NCBI GenBank assembly: GCA_036679645.1
Contig: JAZDCY010000019.1
Span: 1-18,886, forward strand
Length of the DNA stretch: 18,886 nt
Source of the DNA: Gemmatimonadota bacterium
GTDB lineage: Bacteria > Gemmatimonadota > Gemmatimonadetes > Gemmatimonadales > GWC2-71-9
Direction of reading: 5' to 3'
A program made the position numbers and the translations under genes. The notes beneath the pieces are model-generated. The model saw nothing but the letters and a program-made list of their open reading frames with translations. It was not told the DNA's origin and did no database searches. This document shows positions 16,730 through 18,886 of this stretch, piece after piece (the stretch's first letter is position 1; the number at the start of each line of letters is the position of its first letter).

Positions 16730-16807
16730 TTGTGGCACCAAAGCCGATTCACCCATCGTAATGCGATCCACTGCCAGAGGCACACGCTACCTGAGGCCGA
16801 ACGCCGC

Positions 16808-17092
16808 ATGACAGCAACTCATAAACGTGGCTCAGCGCACAGGCTCGCGGCTACGTCGGTGCTGAGTCTTGTCATCCTGCTAGGAGTCGGCGGGTGCGGC
16901 GATGACCGGGATGCGGGGACGCGCGCGTCTTCCGAGAGCGATCGCATTTCCGTCGTGGATGGACGGCCGTTCGATGACGCCTTTGTCGTGGTGGATTCGC
17001 TTGACCGTCCGCAGCGTGCCAAGCGCTTGTCGAATGGTGACATTCGAGGTTCTTCTCTACTGCCCACAACTACACTTCACGTCAGGGGGTAA
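16808..17092 (+). pseudogene. Short lipoprotein ORF (94 aa), probably the N-terminal remnant of a beta-propeller lipoprotein
   Basis: ATG 16808; lipoprotein signal ...SVLSLVILLGVGG|C30, polar linker, then FDDAFVVVDSL, which resembles VLAVDTL in the intact propeller downstream. The sequence afterwards looks non-globular and overlaps the next gene's SD. Confidence 0.45.
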
Positions 17093-17096
17093 CACA

Positions 17097-17303
17097 ATGA
17101 AGTACTCACGCCTAGGGAGTATTGCTGGCGTTCTTGCCGCGGTCGGGATTCTGCTCGTTCTTCGCCCCGCCGAGAGTACTGCGGATCCGGGGTGGAAACT
17201 GAACTTACCCTGGGGTAACTGTGCAATCGATTGTACGCCGAACCCTGAGGTCGGGTTTCATTGCGACTGTTACGAACTTCCCCCAATCATCGTCGAGGGC
17301 TAG
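17097..17303 (+). CDS. Small secreted cysteine-containing peptide (68 aa; predicted 39-aa mature part)
   Basis: SD AGGGGGT 6 nt before ATG 17097. Sec signal MKYSRLGSIAGVLAAVGILLVLRPAESTA|; mature DPGWKLNLPWGNCAIDCTPNPEVGFHCDCYELPPIIVEG with Cx3C-x9-CxC. Stop lies 4 nt before the next gene. Confidence 0.8.
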   Translation: MKYSRLGSIAGVLAAVGILLVLRPAESTADPGWKLNLPWGNCAIDCTPNPEVGFHCDCYELPPIIVEG

Positions 17304-17307
17304 GGCG

Positions 17308-18432
17308 GTGAAACCCGGTCGGGCCCGTCGGTTCAATTGGACCGCATTGCGTTTTGCGTATACGGTGGTGCTGGGCTCGCTCGCAATAGCGTGCACCTCA
17401 CCGGCGGCGCAGGACAGGTCCTCGACCGACGGGCCGACCGTCCTTGCTGTAGACACGCTAGTTCTTGTTGAGACAGACTCGTTGTACCTGGCCCGTCCAC
17501 TTGCTCTCTACAGAGACCCGACCGGTGGATTCTATGTGTCGGATTTGTTTCGGAATCGCGTCGTGCTCTACGATGTCGCCGGGAACGCCGGGCGCATCTT
17601 TGGTCGACCTGGCGGTGGTCCCGGAGAACTCCGACAGGTCTCATTCGTTTTCGTGCGAGATGACTCCACCGTGGCGGTTTTCGATATCTCGAAGAGGTTA
17701 ATCAATCTCTACGATCGCAACACGGCGGTCTTCCGCAAGACTGTGCAGTTTGAGGGCATTGGCTTGAGTATACAGACTACCGATGAAGCGACTTGGTTTG
17801 GCGCAATGCAACTTGGAAGAGGCACCGCCGTCGCACGTTGGAAATCTGGCAGCCAAGCGGTTGAGTACTTCATCCCGATGCCCGAGGCATACTTTCAGTC
17901 GCGACTTCTTGCGGGCAATTACGCTGGCGCCTGGGTAGCGGTTTGGGAAGACACCCTAGCAGTAGTTATGACCGGAGCAGACACTGTCCGCCTATTCACA
18001 ACCACGGGTTCCAAGCTAGACGCCATCCGCGTACCAGTCCGCCGCAGACGCGGGGTCCCACTAGACATCGTGGACCAGATGCAGCCCCGGCGAGGGCTCT
18101 CGACCCGCGACCGTTTTGCTCTTGCCTCTGCGGTAATGGGTTTGTATCGACAGTCGGATGGTACGCTTCTTCTTATACATGCCGATCAAAGCATTGATGG
18201 ACGGCTGATCACGGCGGATGTCTTCGTGAGCTTAATATCGCCGGACCGAACCCGAGCCTGTGTGGATACGCAGCTAGCAGTATCGAAAGACGCGCAACCG
18301 CTATACACCTTCTACGCCGATACGCTGTTTGTGTTGGAGCAGCGTATCGGTGACAATGACAACGTCAGAACCTCTGTGACCAGCTACCGGATTGACGGCG
18401 ACCGATGCGACTGGATTCAGATCACTCGATAG
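17308..18432 (+). CDS. Six-bladed beta-propeller (TolB/NHL-like) lipoprotein
   Basis: Start moved to GTG 17308; lipobox LAIA|C29. Blade motifs FYVSDLFRNRVVLYD, FGRPGGGPGEL (G.xG.GPGE signature), VAVFDISKRLINLYD. Two C-terminal Cys. Confidence 0.85.
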   Translation: MKPGRARRFNWTALRFAYTVVLGSLAIACTSPAAQDRSSTDGPTVLAVDTLVLVETDSLYLARPLALYRDPTGGFYVSDLFRNRVVLYDVAGNAGRIFGRPGGGPGELRQVSFVFVRDDSTVAVFDISKRLINLYDRNTAVFRKTVQFEGIGLSIQTTDEATWFGAMQLGRGTAVARWKSGSQAVEYFIPMPEAYFQSRLLAGNYAGAWVAVWEDTLAVVMTGADTVRLFTTTGSKLDAIRVPVRRRRGVPLDIVDQMQPRRGLSTRDRFALASAVMGLYRQSDGTLLLIHADQSIDGRLITADVFVSLISPDRTRACVDTQLAVSKDAQPLYTFYADTLFVLEQRIGDNDNVRTSVTSYRIDGDRCDWIQITR

Positions 18433-18791
18433 AACAACTCTTCATCGCAGCCTATAACACCGTCATACGAACCGTGGTCACGGCTTGGGCGGGCATCGCG
18501 CTCTCCGGATGTGGTTCTGGGATAATTCCGATTGTGGAAGCCCGCCTTGAGGATGGACGAACAGTCCGTGAGGTTGCAGCAGCTTGGGACACCTCAATTG
18601 TGCTCATATACGATCCGAGTGACTGTTTCACATGTTCGGGGGTCCTAGGGTCGTGGCTGGGAGAGGGCGAGCAGTCACCCGTTGCGGTCGCACTTGTTCT
18701 TGCACGGACTCCGTCGGCGTCTGAGCAGCGATTGATCAAGCTTTACCGTCTACCCGTTGCTGGGATCATGAAGAGTCAAGCCCAATCTTAG
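18405..18791 (+). pseudogene. CxxC thioredoxin-like lipoprotein, apparently truncated by an IS insertion at ~18773
   Basis: Lipobox ALSG|C, beta-strand SIVLIYDPSD followed by CFTC (18624-18635), then helix and VAVALVL. No cis-Pro second half is visible; the last residues (SQAQS*) come from the IS-like terminus. Start uncertain. Confidence 0.6.
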
Positions 18792-18886
18792 TTGAAACTT
18801 CTTACGGCCCCGACAACCTCATGCTGCCCGCCTGCTCCTCTCCTCTGCGCGTTCCAGCTTCAGCTCTTTCATGATCGCAGTTTGAA
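18773..18886 (-). mobile_element. Probable IS256-family insertion sequence, right end only
   Basis: Minus strand shows a transposase-like C-terminus QTAIMKELKLERAEERSRRAA* (stop 18819-18821), followed by AAGTTTCAACTAAGATTGGGCTTGACTC. This resembles IS256-type terminal repeats as recalled, not searched. The window ends inside the element. Confidence 0.6.
18819..18884 (-). CDS. C-terminal fragment of a probable IS256-family transposase (partial)
   Basis: Open frame from the window edge: QTAIMKELKLERAEERSRRAA*. Only 21 residues are visible. Confidence 0.5.
   Translation of the reverse strand, partial: QTAIMKELKLERAEERSRRAA

Noticed and set aside
17097..17303. Peptide as a classic RiPP precursor (lanthipeptide, sactipeptide, ranthipeptide, lasso)
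   Set aside because: It has a Sec-type signal rather than a RiPP leader, and no modifying enzyme or RRE is present in the window. Genes beyond the IS cannot be excluded.
18764..18876. Inverted match GATCATGAA(GAG) / (CTCT)TTCATGATC suggesting a MITE
   Set aside because: The right arm lies inside the putative transposase coding frame and the left arm in the target gene; most likely coincidence.

Overview
High-GC bacterial chromosomal segment. Gene content and protein style suggest a diderm Gemmatimonadota-like organism; this is an inference, not a database result. The left ~15.6 kb is mostly core-like. It holds a minus-strand TolC / membrane-fusion protein / ABC ATPase / FtsX-MacB permease efflux operon with an ECF-type promoter, an exported hypothetical protein, a creatininase-family hydrolase and a very large orphan multi-TM NtrY-like histidine kinase. 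It also holds an inserted RHH + nucleotidyltransferase toxin-antitoxin-like pair, a class I/II aminotransferase, msrPQ and an M28 peptidase lipoprotein. The right ~3.2 kb is an accessory cassette and the best candidate for an undescribed system. An AraC-like regulator sits divergent from it, across a G14 tract flanked by direct repeats. The cassette contains a short or truncated lipoprotein, a 68-aa secreted four-cysteine peptide ending in a TonB-box-like motif, a six-bladed beta-propeller lipoprotein and a CxxC thioredoxin-like lipoprotein. The last gene appears cut by an IS256-like insertion at the window end.
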